Assembly (NCBI GenBank): GCA_046537785.1
Contig: JBKHKD010000015.1
Location: 846 to 64,845 of the forward strand
Origin: Actinomycetota bacterium
GTDB lineage: Bacteria; Actinomycetota; Acidimicrobiia; Spongiisociales; ZC4RG35
Direction of reading: 5' to 3'
Length of the DNA: 64,000 bases
The notes below the pieces were generated by a model, which did no database searches, was not told the origin of the DNA, and worked only from the letters and a program-made list of their open reading frames with translations. Both the position numbers and the translations under genes were made by a program. Of this stretch, positions 29,645-39,047 are shown one piece after another (position 1 is the stretch's first letter; every line of letters begins with the position of its first letter).

Positions 29645-30280
29645 TCCTTTCAGCCGGCTCTCCAGGAACTCCATGGTCTTTGCCCATGCCTGTTCGAAGG
29701 CATCGGGATCGAAGGTCTCGCCCTCGGGTTCGCAGAATCCGTGCTCGGTGCTCTCATAGGTGATCACCTCGACGGGGAGAGCCTCGAGACCCATCGTGGC
29801 CTCCATGAAGACCGCCTCGTCCTCGGCTATGTACTCATCCTTCTCGGCGAAGTGGATGAGGTACGACGACTCTGACCCTGCAAAGTCGATCTGTTGGGTG
29901 CCGTAGAACGAGACCACAGCAGATACGAGGTCGGCCAAGCGAACCGATGCCCAGAGCCCGAGAGAGCCGCCCATCCCGAAGCCGACGATGCCGATTGGAC
30001 CCTCGCTCGACTGGTCGTTGAGGAGCCGGGTAGACGAGAGCACGAGAGAAGCGAGGCGGTCGGGATTGGCCTCACCGAGACGGTCGATTCCTTCTTCCTC
30101 GGTCTCCGGTAGCTCACCGAGGTTGATGTCGGGCGCCAGGACCGTGAATCCGTGATCAGCGAGCTCGTCGCAGAGACGCTTCACCGACGGCGTCAGCCCC
30201 CAAAGGGAGTGGAGGACAAGTACCCCCGGGCCCCTGCCCTCTTCGGGTTGGATGAAGTATGCGAGGTCGCGAACCACCAC
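29633..30280 (-). CDS. Dienelactone hydrolase family protein (Gly at the nucleophile position)
   Basis: VLHSLWGL, GFGMGG, SFYG, HGF, AWAKT; start approximate. Confidence 0.8.
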   Translation of the reverse strand: MVVRDLAYFIQPEEGRGPGVLVLHSLWGLTPSVKRLCDELADHGFTVLAPDINLGELPETEEEGIDRLGEANPDRLASLVLSSTRLLNDQSSEGPIGIVGFGMGGSLGLWASVRLADLVSAVVSFYGTQQIDFAGSESSYLIHFAEKDEYIAEDEAVFMEATMGLEALPVEVITYESTEHGFCEPEGETFDPDAFEQAWAKTMEFLESRLKGSSE

Positions 30281-30340
30281 CTTCAACCTAATGGCCCACC
30301 CCGCAGCGCTTGCCCCAGGGCACCGGCATACTCTCCCCTG

Positions 30341-31999
30341 ATGAGTTCGGCCGTCGAACCCCTGAGATACCCCCATTTTCGCTGGCTGTGGGCGGGCAAC
30401 GTGTTCTCAGCGTCGGGGACGTTCGTTCAGTCGGTGGCGGCGAGCTGGCTCATGCTGGAGCTCACCGGTTCGAGCACATGGGTGGGCCTGATCGTTGCCT
30501 CCGCAACGCTCCCGCTCTTGTTCTTCTCGCTCGCTTCCGGCGCTCTCGCCGACCGATTCGACAGGGCCCGTCTGATGCTCATCGCGCAGGGGATCATGGG
30601 CGCCTCCGCCGCAGCCATGGCACTGATCACATGGCTCGATCTGATGACTCCCGGGATACTCCTCGCCCTGGCACTGGCCATCGGAACCGGTCTCGCCCTC
30701 AATCTCCCCGCCTGGCAGGCTCTCGTGCCCGATCTCGTCCCCCGCGGTCTCGTGGCCTCGGCCGTCGCTTTGAACTCGGCCGCCTTCAACGCGGCTCGGG
30801 CCGTCGGCCCGGCACTTGGCGGTGCCCTGGTGGCAATCTACGGAGCGGAGTTGGGCTTCGCCTACAACGCCCTCAGCTACGGCGTGATCATCGTCGCCCT
30901 CGTCCTCATCGGCCCCCGGCTAGTGGCGTCCGCACAGGACGCACCGCAATCGATGACCAGGGCGATCTCGACCGGGATTCGCTTCGCCCGGTTCACCCCA
31001 AGGTTCCGAAACCTGATGGCGCTGGTGGCCCTTTTCGCCCTGGTGTCGGCGGTGGTGCAGGCAGTGCTGCCGGTTCACACCGAGCATCTAGGGGGCGGTG
31101 CGGTGGCCTTCGGAGCCCTCTACGGGGCGATGGGAGCCGGAGCGCTAACCGGTGCGGTGGTGCGGCCGCGTATCGGCAAATGGCTGACTGGCTCGTGGAT
31201 CCCCTACACCATCACTCTCTTCGGGGTCTCAGGGATCATCCTTGGACTGGCCCCCGCGGTGTGGGTCGCCGGCATCGGCATGTTCCTGGCGGGGCTGTTC
31301 TGGCTGCTGACGCTGGCCACGCTCAATGCGACCGCTCAACTCTTGACACCGCCCTGGATCAGAGGTCGGGCCATGTCCATATACACGCTGGCCTTTGCCG
31401 GCGTCATACCCATCGGGTCGATTCTCTCGGGGATCGTTGCCGACCAGATCGAGACGCCGGGGTCTCTGCTGGTCTTCTCCACCGGAGCCGTGGTGCTGGG
31501 CGTGTTCACAGCGCGCTTCGGGATCCCCCACGTCGACGACATCGAGTCACCCGAGTTCACCGAGTCGGCCGCCATGGCTCCGCACCACGATCCGGGAGCC
31601 TTCGAAGGCGGTCCGGTGATCGTGCTCAACACCTGGCAGATCGACGAGTCTGATTTCCCGGAGTTCGCCCGGGTGATGAACGAGCTCCGGCTGGTTCGAC
31701 TTAGCACCGGCGCCCATCGCTGGCGTCTGTTTCGCAACACTTCTGACCCGACCCGTCTCACTGAGATGATGGTGCTCCGCAGCTGGGAGGATCATCTCGC
31801 CCAGCATCGCCGTCTCGACGACGCAGCCGTGGCGCTCCTACGCCGGGCGCGGACCTTCGACAGAGTCGGAGGACCGGTGACCCGCCATCTCATCGCCATC
31901 GACGTGGAGCACCCACCCCATTTCGAGGACCTGGTGGCGACCCACGAGGAACTCCACCGAACGGACGGATCGATCCCGAGAATCGATCAAGGCTCCTGA
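30341..31999 (+). CDS. MFS transporter with C-terminal soluble extension (MFS_3 type)
   Basis: GALADRFDR motif, 12 TM, C-terminal SWEDHLAQHRR domain. Confidence 0.9.
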   Translation: MSSAVEPLRYPHFRWLWAGNVFSASGTFVQSVAASWLMLELTGSSTWVGLIVASATLPLLFFSLASGALADRFDRARLMLIAQGIMGASAAAMALITWLDLMTPGILLALALAIGTGLALNLPAWQALVPDLVPRGLVASAVALNSAAFNAARAVGPALGGALVAIYGAELGFAYNALSYGVIIVALVLIGPRLVASAQDAPQSMTRAISTGIRFARFTPRFRNLMALVALFALVSAVVQAVLPVHTEHLGGGAVAFGALYGAMGAGALTGAVVRPRIGKWLTGSWIPYTITLFGVSGIILGLAPAVWVAGIGMFLAGLFWLLTLATLNATAQLLTPPWIRGRAMSIYTLAFAGVIPIGSILSGIVADQIETPGSLLVFSTGAVVLGVFTARFGIPHVDDIESPEFTESAAMAPHHDPGAFEGGPVIVLNTWQIDESDFPEFARVMNELRLVRLSTGAHRWRLFRNTSDPTRLTEMMVLRSWEDHLAQHRRLDDAAVALLRRARTFDRVGGPVTRHLIAIDVEHPPHFEDLVATHEELHRTDGSIPRIDQGS

Positions 32000-32667
32000 A
32001 CGAAGGACATCTCCCGCCGGTACTTCTTCCAGTCTGACGCCTTGGTGGACCAGAGCAGGTCGGTGAGAATCTGGCCGAAGGCGATGACGATGAGCAACAC
32101 CATCGCCCATGACGGCAGGTCGGCGGCGAGGGCGGCGCCGATAAGCAGGAAGGGGATCGCCTTAGTGGTGAGTGCCCCCGCGGCGTGCATCCAGGCGCGT
32201 TGGCGGGCCGGGGTGCGCAGATACGTCGAGTAGTCGACCTTGACTCCCGGCTGTGGTTGTTTGATCCGACCGACGAACCAGCAGGTGTACCGGATGCCCA
32301 TGGCTCGACCCACGACCAGGTGGCCCAGACCGTGCGTGGAGCCAAGAAGGACACCGGTACCGGCCAGAAACGACAGCCCTGCGGCCAGCCCGTCGAGCGC
32401 ATAGGCCCACCAGATGAGGGCGAGGCCGCCGAGGGTCGCCAGGACGGCGATGGTCGTGCCCAGCCACAGTGGGATGATGAGGAATGCCCAATCGCGGTGG
32501 GCGCGGGCATCGATGCCGGCGATCCGGTCGGCATATCGATCAGCCAGCTCCGGATGCCGCTTGACTTCCGAGACCGCCCTCCAGAAACCGGTACCGGACA
32601 ATCCTCCACCGGCCTCGAGAGCCGCCTCGGCGTCCGCCAGGCTCTCCTCGATCGATGTGGAACTCAC
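31987..32667 (-). CDS. Membrane protein with degenerate M50/S2P-like HxxxH motif
   Basis: About four TM segments; HGLGH inside a TM helix; start GTG 32667 approximate. Confidence 0.7.
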   Translation of the reverse strand: MSSTSIEESLADAEAALEAGGGLSGTGFWRAVSEVKRHPELADRYADRIAGIDARAHRDWAFLIIPLWLGTTIAVLATLGGLALIWWAYALDGLAAGLSFLAGTGVLLGSTHGLGHLVVGRAMGIRYTCWFVGRIKQPQPGVKVDYSTYLRTPARQRAWMHAAGALTTKAIPFLLIGAALAADLPSWAMVLLIVIAFGQILTDLLWSTKASDWKKYRREMSFVQEP

Positions 32668-32696
32668 ACCCACAAATATAGGTACCGTCCGGTGCG

Positions 32697-32725
32697 TGCA
32701 ACCCGACGACCGTCTTCGGGGTTCT
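32697..32725 (+). promoter_or_regulatory. Putative ECF-type promoter for a leaderless sigma gene
   Basis: TGCAACC (-35 with AAC) at 32697 and GTTCT (-10) ending 5 nt before ATG 32731. Confidence 0.4.
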
Positions 32726-32730
32726 TTCTG

Positions 32731-33252
32731 ATGATGGACGACCTGGCGAAATCCCTCGCCACCGACGTGGACGCGACGTTCCCGGTTGTGGTGGAACAAA
32801 TGGGAGGCATGCTCTTTTCGGGTCTTCGCCGGATGTGTGGCGACCATCAGGAGGCGGAGGACCTGACACAGGAGACTTTCATAAGGGCATATCGGGCTCT
32901 CGAGAGCTACGAGCCGGAGCGGATCAGGGACATCAACCTGCGTCCCTGGCTGTGGACCATCGCCATGAACCTGGGAAGGAACCACCTGCGCGATCGCTCC
33001 CGTCGACCCACCTATGTGGAGATGACCGAGACGGGGAGTGAAGACGCCGAGCCTGTCGACAGCGCAGCATGGGACCAGCGTCTCGCAGATCTGAGTCGAA
33101 ATCAGCGCATCGCAGTGATCCTGCGACATGTGGTGGGCATGCCCATCGCAGAGATAGCAGAGGCAATCGGGAGACCCGAGGGAACGGTCAAAGCCGACGT
33201 GCATCGTGGCCTGACACGGCTCCGCAAGACCTTGGAGGAAGAGGAACAATGA
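32731..33252 (+). CDS. ECF RNA polymerase sigma factor
   Basis: AEDLTQETF, WLWTIAMN, EIAEAIGRPEGTVKADVHRG. Confidence 0.93.
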   Translation: MMDDLAKSLATDVDATFPVVVEQMGGMLFSGLRRMCGDHQEAEDLTQETFIRAYRALESYEPERIRDINLRPWLWTIAMNLGRNHLRDRSRRPTYVEMTETGSEDAEPVDSAAWDQRLADLSRNQRIAVILRHVVGMPIAEIAEAIGRPEGTVKADVHRGLTRLRKTLEEEEQ

Positions 33253-34004
33253 GCATTGAGGCAGAACTGGAACGTCTGGCGGGAGAACTGCCGGAGGGGG
33301 TGAGCGAGGGCGTCGCCCTGGGTACCGGGCTGGCCGAAGGCTACGACTTCTACGAGTCCGCCATTGGCACCGTGGTAGTGACCTTCAATCCCAAAGGCGT
33401 GTCGTCGGTGGGCACGGCCAAGGAATTCGAGGAGGGTCGTGCGGGACAATCGCAACGTCCGTTGATTCGTGCTGAGGCCCCGGCGGCCTGGCGGGCTCAT
33501 ATCCCGGAAGCCATCGAACGAGGAACGCCGGGCAAGCTGCCGGTCGACCTGCGGTCGGTGACCGAGTTCCAGGAGAGCGTCCTCCGCACCACTGCCACCA
33601 TCCCTCGCGGCGAGGTCCGGCCCTACGGGTGGGTGGCGCGCGAGATCGACCGGCCGAAGGCGGTGCGGGCGGTGGGATCGGCAGTTGCACGCAACCCCAT
33701 CCCCCTCATCATCCCCTGCCATCGGGTCGTCCGCAGCGATGGCCACATTGGCAACTACTCCCTGGGCGGGCCTCACAACAAGGTCGACCTGCTGGAGCAC
33801 GAGGGAGCCGCCCCCGCTGATCTGGAGCGGCTGGCGGCGCGACACGTCCGGGTGCGCGGAAACAAGACCACGGGCGTGTACTGCCTCCCTACCTGCTCCG
33901 CGATCCGACGCTCCCGGGATACAAACATCGTCGACTTCCACTCCACCACCGAGGCCGAGGAGTCCGGCTACCGGGCCTGCAAGCTCTGCCGGCCCCATGC
34001 CTGA
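33249..34004 (+). CDS. ogt: O6-methylguanine-DNA methyltransferase fused to a C-terminal Ada Zn-binding domain
   Basis: RAVGSA…IPCHRVV active site; C-terminal GVYCLPTC…GYRACKLCRP. Confidence 0.9.
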   Translation: MSIEAELERLAGELPEGVSEGVALGTGLAEGYDFYESAIGTVVVTFNPKGVSSVGTAKEFEEGRAGQSQRPLIRAEAPAAWRAHIPEAIERGTPGKLPVDLRSVTEFQESVLRTTATIPRGEVRPYGWVAREIDRPKAVRAVGSAVARNPIPLIIPCHRVVRSDGHIGNYSLGGPHNKVDLLEHEGAAPADLERLAARHVRVRGNKTTGVYCLPTCSAIRRSRDTNIVDFHSTTEAEESGYRACKLCRPHA

Positions 34005-34055
34005 GATCTCCGGGACTGGTCAATCGACACCGAGGGGTCGGGTACTCTCGGGCGG

Positions 34056-35984
34056 ATGTCGGAAACCTCAGTCGAACAACTCGCCGTCAACACACTCAAG
34101 GCCCTGGCCATGGACGCCGTCCAGAAGGCCAACTCGGGGCACCCGGGCATGCCGATGGGCATGGCAGACATCGCCGTCACCCTCTGGGGCAAGTATCTGA
34201 AGGTCGACCCGGACCATCCCGAGTGGCCGGACCGGGACCGATTCATAGTCTCCAACGGTCACGGGTCGATGCTCCTCTACTCGCTTCTTCACCTGTCGGG
34301 ATTCCCCGTCTCGATGGACCACTTGAAGAACTTCCGGCAGTGGCAGTTCCACACGGCCGGCCACCCCGAGATCGACCACTCTCTCGGGATAGAGACGACG
34401 ACCGGGCCCCTGGGCCAGGGATTCGGCACCGCGGTCGGCATGGCCCTGGCCGAGGAGCACCTGCGCGCTCGTCTCGGTGCCGAACTGGTCGACCACCACA
34501 CCTATGGCCTTGTCTCTGATGGAGACTTGATGGAGGGCATCAGCTCGGAGTCGGCATCGCTCGCCGGACACTTCAGGCTCGGCAGGCTCATATACCTCTA
34601 CGACGACAACGACATATCGATCGACGGATCCACCGACATCACCTTCAGCGAGGACGTCTCCAAGAGATTCGACTCCTACGGCTGGCACACCCTCGATATC
34701 GACGGCCACGACCGACCCGCCATCACCGAGGCGATCGAGGAAGCCCTGTCCGAGCAAGACCGCCCCTCGCTGATCATCTGCCGTACCCACATAGCTCACG
34801 GCGCCCCGACCATGCAGGACACGGCCGCAGCACATGGATCGCCCCTGGGAGAAGAGGAGATCGCTAAGACGAAGGAGGAGATGGGCTACCCCACCGAGCC
34901 GTTGTTCTATGTGGACGACACAGTGCGAGAGTTCTTCTCCGCCGCGATGGAGCGGGGACGGGGGGCGCGCAAAGAGTGGCAGGAGCGTTTCGACGCCGCC
35001 GACACCTCCGGGTGGGAGACGTTCCACTCCACCGCACCGATCAGCCTCGAGGGCCCCGGCTTCGAAGAGGGCGAGGAGATGGCCACGCGGGCGTCCGGTG
35101 GCAAGATGTTTGCGGAGATCGCCGCAAAGGTCCCCGGCTTCATCGGTGGTTCCGCCGACCTGGCCGGGTCTACCAAGACTGTGATCGCCGATCCCCTGTT
35201 CTCCAAGGCTGACCGCACGGCGCGGGACATTCCCTTCGGTGTGCGCGAGCACGCCATGGGGACAATCGTCAACGGGATGGCTATACACGGGGGCCTGCGG
35301 CCATACGGGGCTACGTTTTTCGTGTTCTCCGACTACATGCGGCCCGCGGTCCGGCTATCTGCTCTCATGGAGGTTCCCTCGATCTGGGTTTGGACCCACG
35401 ACTCAATCTTCCTCGGTGAGGACGGACCGACGCATCAGCCAATCGAGCACCTGGCGTCGCTACGAGCAATGCCCAACATGTGGATCATCCGGCCTGCGGA
35501 CGCCAACGAGGTCATCCAGGCATGGGAGGTTGCCCTGAACCGCCATGACGGACCGGTGGGATTCGTCCTGACAAGACAGAACGTCCCCACTCTTCCCAAG
35601 GGAAACCTCGACCGGGGCGGCTACGTGGCCCGGGAGGGCTCGGACGTGACTTTGATCGCAACCGGCTCCGAGGTATCCGCAGCTCTCGGTGCTGCCGACC
35701 TCCTCGCGGACGAGGGCACTTCGGCCAGGGTGGTGAGTCTTCCGTGTTGGGAGTTGTTCGACCAGCAGCCCGAGGAGTACCGAAGCGAGGTCCTCGGATC
35801 GGCCCCGCGTGTCTCGGTAGAAGCGGCGTCGGTCTTCGGGTGGGAGCGGTATGTCGGCCCCGAAGGGCTCAGCATCGGAATCGACCGCTTCGGCGCCTCA
35901 GCCCCCGCCGGGGTGCTGGCAGAACAATTCGGGTTCACACCCGAGGCGATAGCCGGAACGGTGAGAAGCTTCCTCCGCGGCTGA
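34056..35984 (+). CDS. tkt: Transketolase
   Basis: SGHPG, TTTGPLGQG, DGDLMEG, GEDGPTHQP. Confidence 0.98.
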   Translation: MSETSVEQLAVNTLKALAMDAVQKANSGHPGMPMGMADIAVTLWGKYLKVDPDHPEWPDRDRFIVSNGHGSMLLYSLLHLSGFPVSMDHLKNFRQWQFHTAGHPEIDHSLGIETTTGPLGQGFGTAVGMALAEEHLRARLGAELVDHHTYGLVSDGDLMEGISSESASLAGHFRLGRLIYLYDDNDISIDGSTDITFSEDVSKRFDSYGWHTLDIDGHDRPAITEAIEEALSEQDRPSLIICRTHIAHGAPTMQDTAAAHGSPLGEEEIAKTKEEMGYPTEPLFYVDDTVREFFSAAMERGRGARKEWQERFDAADTSGWETFHSTAPISLEGPGFEEGEEMATRASGGKMFAEIAAKVPGFIGGSADLAGSTKTVIADPLFSKADRTARDIPFGVREHAMGTIVNGMAIHGGLRPYGATFFVFSDYMRPAVRLSALMEVPSIWVWTHDSIFLGEDGPTHQPIEHLASLRAMPNMWIIRPADANEVIQAWEVALNRHDGPVGFVLTRQNVPTLPKGNLDRGGYVAREGSDVTLIATGSEVSAALGAADLLADEGTSARVVSLPCWELFDQQPEEYRSEVLGSAPRVSVEAASVFGWERYVGPEGLSIGIDRFGASAPAGVLAEQFGFTPEAIAGTVRSFLRG

Positions 35985-36018
35985 GCAACGAGGGCGCAAA
36001 CGCCCTTACGATTCGTCC

Positions 36019-36504
36019 ATGCGAATGTTCCTCGCTGTGGGGCTGCTGCTGGCGGGGTGCGCCGCCCAGCCGTCTCTGGAGGGGGTCGACCTGCCTCCCG
36101 CTTCCATCCCGGACGACCTCGACCCGGCACAGTGGGCTGTGGCCTTCTCCCACGACTTCGGACCAGGATTCTGGGACGAGGGGCCGCATGCGTACCAGCT
36201 GTTCCTCGACTGCCCTGATGCCGAAGAGGCGCAAGTGGAGAGCGAGGTCGTCCTCTTCGCCGCGGGCACCGACTTTCCGACCTTCGATGCGCCGGTGCAC
36301 CTGCGCGTCGGGGGTCTCTCCACCACACCCCTGGGGTCATCCGACGTCAGATTCGTGAACCCTGAACAAAAGACGATCGCGTTGGTGACCGTGGTCGGGC
36401 TCAGCCGGGAAGAGGTAGACGCCGTCTCCCGGTGCACTGGGGAGGTGTTCTGGGACGAGGGAAGCTCGGCACCGCTGCGGCCTGGAGAACCCTTCCGCCC
36501 CTGA
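36019..36504 (+). CDS. Hypothetical lipoprotein
   Basis: Lipobox LLAGC; TACGAT 6 nt upstream of ATG. Confidence 0.7.
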   Translation: MRMFLAVGLLLAGCAAQPSLEGVDLPPASIPDDLDPAQWAVAFSHDFGPGFWDEGPHAYQLFLDCPDAEEAQVESEVVLFAAGTDFPTFDAPVHLRVGGLSTTPLGSSDVRFVNPEQKTIALVTVVGLSREEVDAVSRCTGEVFWDEGSSAPLRPGEPFRP

Positions 36505-36508
36505 TCGC

Positions 36509-37276
36509 CTATCGCGAGTGCTCGTAAAGCCAGTCGTAGAAAGCGGAATCGCGATAGGTGACCTCGTAGGCGCCGAAGTGACCCTCCTCGGGATATGACG
36601 TCCACTTCACCTCAGCGTCGCATAGCTCCTCCCATGACTCCACTTGGGATCGGACTAGCTCGTAGTCGGCGATCGTGTCCCGTTCCCCATGGATGGCCCA
36701 GACAGGGACCCCGGTCAGCCGGCAGGCGAAATCGGCGTCCGGGGCGTCGGCCTGTTGGTAGCCGCTGCCGGATAGCGAAGCCATAGCGGCGTAACGCTGC
36801 GGGAACAGGCTGGCGATGTGCCATGCCCCGAACCCACCCATCGATATCCCGGTGAGATAGACCCGATCCGGGTCGACCAGGTAGGTGTCGAGCATCTCCT
36901 CGAGGAGGTCGTCTACGACTTCGGGCTGGTCGTCGGCATACCAGGTGGTCCCCGGCTCTGCCTGGGGCGAGACCACTACGAACTCGAAGTTTTCGGGCTG
37001 GTCTCCTAATGCCAGGACCGCGGGCAGACCGAAGCTGGCGACAAAGCTCGAGTCGTAGTCGTCGTCGCCACTCCCGTGCAGGAAGTAGATGAGGGGATAA
37101 CGCTTGTCCCGATCGGCCCCGTAGCCATCGGGCAGCCAGACCATGTAGCGCATCTCCTGGCCGGAGGGGTGGATGAAGCTTCCCTGAAGATGCTGTTCGG
37201 TGGGAACATCGGCAGCTGGAGCACAGCTGCTGGACACCACTACGAGCAGCATGACCCACAAGCCTCTCGACCACAT
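36509..37276 (-). CDS. Secreted alpha/beta hydrolase (esterase/peptidase), probable lipoprotein
   Basis: YPLIYFLHGSG, GISMGG nucleophile elbow, HGERD, EGH. Confidence 0.85.
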   Translation of the reverse strand: MWSRGLWVMLLVVVSSSCAPAADVPTEQHLQGSFIHPSGQEMRYMVWLPDGYGADRDKRYPLIYFLHGSGDDDYDSSFVASFGLPAVLALGDQPENFEFVVVSPQAEPGTTWYADDQPEVVDDLLEEMLDTYLVDPDRVYLTGISMGGFGAWHIASLFPQRYAAMASLSGSGYQQADAPDADFACRLTGVPVWAIHGERDTIADYELVRSQVESWEELCDAEVKWTSYPEEGHFGAYEVTYRDSAFYDWLYEHSR

Positions 37277-37329
37277 CCGCAGAGAATAAGGGGACATCCG
37301 GGAAAGGGGCTCGGTAACGTCGTCTGCCA

Positions 37330-38283
37330 ATGGGAGCGATCGAGACGTTCGAGCTCCGCCGCGAGTTCAAAACGAGCGGGCTTCGAAGAGGGGACCTGGT
37401 CGTTGCCCTCGATGACGTGTCGCTCAGTGTCGAGGAGGGGGAGATACACGGTCTGCTCGGTCCCAACGGTGCCGGGAAGACCACACTCATCAAGATCCTC
37501 TCCACCATCCTGATCCCGACATCGGGGAGAGCGGAGGTATTCGGACACGATGTCGTTGAGGAGACCCGGGAGGTACGGAGGCTCTTCGGACTCGTGTTCG
37601 GCGGTGACCGTGGCCTCTACACCAGGCTCACCGCGCGCCAGAATCTCGACTACTGGGCCGCGCTCTACGAAGTGCCAGCGGAAGAAGCGGTCGAAGTCGT
37701 GGAGCGCCTGATTGATCAGGTTGGATTGGGCGGAAGGTCCGACGACCGGGTGGAGACGTTCTCCCGGGGAATGCGACAACGTCTTCATCTCGCTCGGGGA
37801 CTGGTGGCCGACCCCCCGATCCTCTTCCTCGACGAGCCGACTGTCGGTCTCGATCCCGTGGCGTCACTCGACTTCCGGGAGATGGTTACGGGCCTGCGTA
37901 GTGCCGGGAAGACGATCTTCATCGCCACCCACGACATGGCAGAGGCGGAGGCAATCTGTGACCGGGTAACGCTGATCGACCACGGCAAGATCCTGGCAAC
38001 GGAGAGCCCGCGAACTCTCGGAGCGTGGATCAGCGCCTACGAGTGGGTGGAGGTGTATCAGATCGACGCCGAGACTCGTCGCATCCTCGGAGGGATCCCT
38101 GGCGTCGCCACGGTGACAGATCAGCCCGGCGGATGGGCACGTTTCCAGCCCGATCGAGAGGAGACATCCACCGAGATTCTGCGTCTCGCCCTGGAGCACG
38201 GCTTCACGTCGGTGCGAACGGGATACCCGTCTCTCGAGGAGGTCTATCTGCGCACGATGGGCGACAGGGGCATGGAGGTTTGA
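37330..38283 (+). CDS. ABC transporter ATP-binding protein
   Basis: GPNGAGKTT, FSRGM, LFLDEPT. Confidence 0.95.
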   Translation: MGAIETFELRREFKTSGLRRGDLVVALDDVSLSVEEGEIHGLLGPNGAGKTTLIKILSTILIPTSGRAEVFGHDVVEETREVRRLFGLVFGGDRGLYTRLTARQNLDYWAALYEVPAEEAVEVVERLIDQVGLGGRSDDRVETFSRGMRQRLHLARGLVADPPILFLDEPTVGLDPVASLDFREMVTGLRSAGKTIFIATHDMAEAEAICDRVTLIDHGKILATESPRTLGAWISAYEWVEVYQIDAETRRILGGIPGVATVTDQPGGWARFQPDREETSTEILRLALEHGFTSVRTGYPSLEEVYLRTMGDRGMEV

Positions 38284-39047
38284 GAACCGCATCCCGAGCG
38301 TTCCGAACCCAGCTTCTCATGGCTTTTCGGACCCCGAACTACTGGATGGCGATGGTCACCACTGTGCCTCAGGTGATCCTGTTCCTCTCAGTGGTCGACG
38401 CCTTCGACCGGCCCGACCTGCTCACCAATGCGTTGATGGCCCCCATCCTGATGACGATGTGGTCTACATCTCTGTGGACCGGCGGCTCGGTGATGCGCGA
38501 CGACCGTTGGCTGGGCCTCCTCGAGATACACGCGGCAGCACCCCAACCATACGGTCTCGTGGTGGCCGCTCGGGTCGGAGCTGTCGTGATCCTGTCGCTG
38601 CTTGTGATCCCGATCACATTGATCACCGCGACGCTGACCTATGGGATCGACACCCAGGTCAACCATCCGGGCCTCCTGTTCGCCACGATGCTGATAACTG
38701 CCCTCGCTGTCACCGGCACAGGGATCATCTTCTCCTCGATGACCATCCTCAGCCGGGCGGCCAACACGTTTCAGAGCGCAGCCTCGTATCCCTTCCTGCT
38801 GCTGGGAGGAGTCTTCGTGCCTCTCGAACTGCTGCCGGAGTGGGTCCAACCGCTGGGACGCATCGTGTTTCTCTCCTGGGCCTCCGACCTTGTTCGTGAC
38901 AGCGTCTCAGCACAGGTGGTCGAAGACGTCGTCCTGCGCATGGGGGCATTGATCGTTCTCGGGGTGATCGGCTACCTCGCCGGGCAGTGGCTGATCAAGG
39001 TAGTGCTCCACAAGGTCCGAATCAGCGGGGAGATCTCCGCCATATGA
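38280..39047 (+). CDS. ABC-2 type permease
   Basis: TTG start after GGAGG overlapping the ATPase stop; LLLGGVFVPLELLPEW. Confidence 0.85.
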   Translation: MRTASRAFRTQLLMAFRTPNYWMAMVTTVPQVILFLSVVDAFDRPDLLTNALMAPILMTMWSTSLWTGGSVMRDDRWLGLLEIHAAAPQPYGLVVAARVGAVVILSLLVIPITLITATLTYGIDTQVNHPGLLFATMLITALAVTGTGIIFSSMTILSRAANTFQSAASYPFLLLGGVFVPLELLPEWVQPLGRIVFLSWASDLVRDSVSAQVVEDVVLRMGALIVLGVIGYLAGQWLIKVVLHKVRISGEISAI

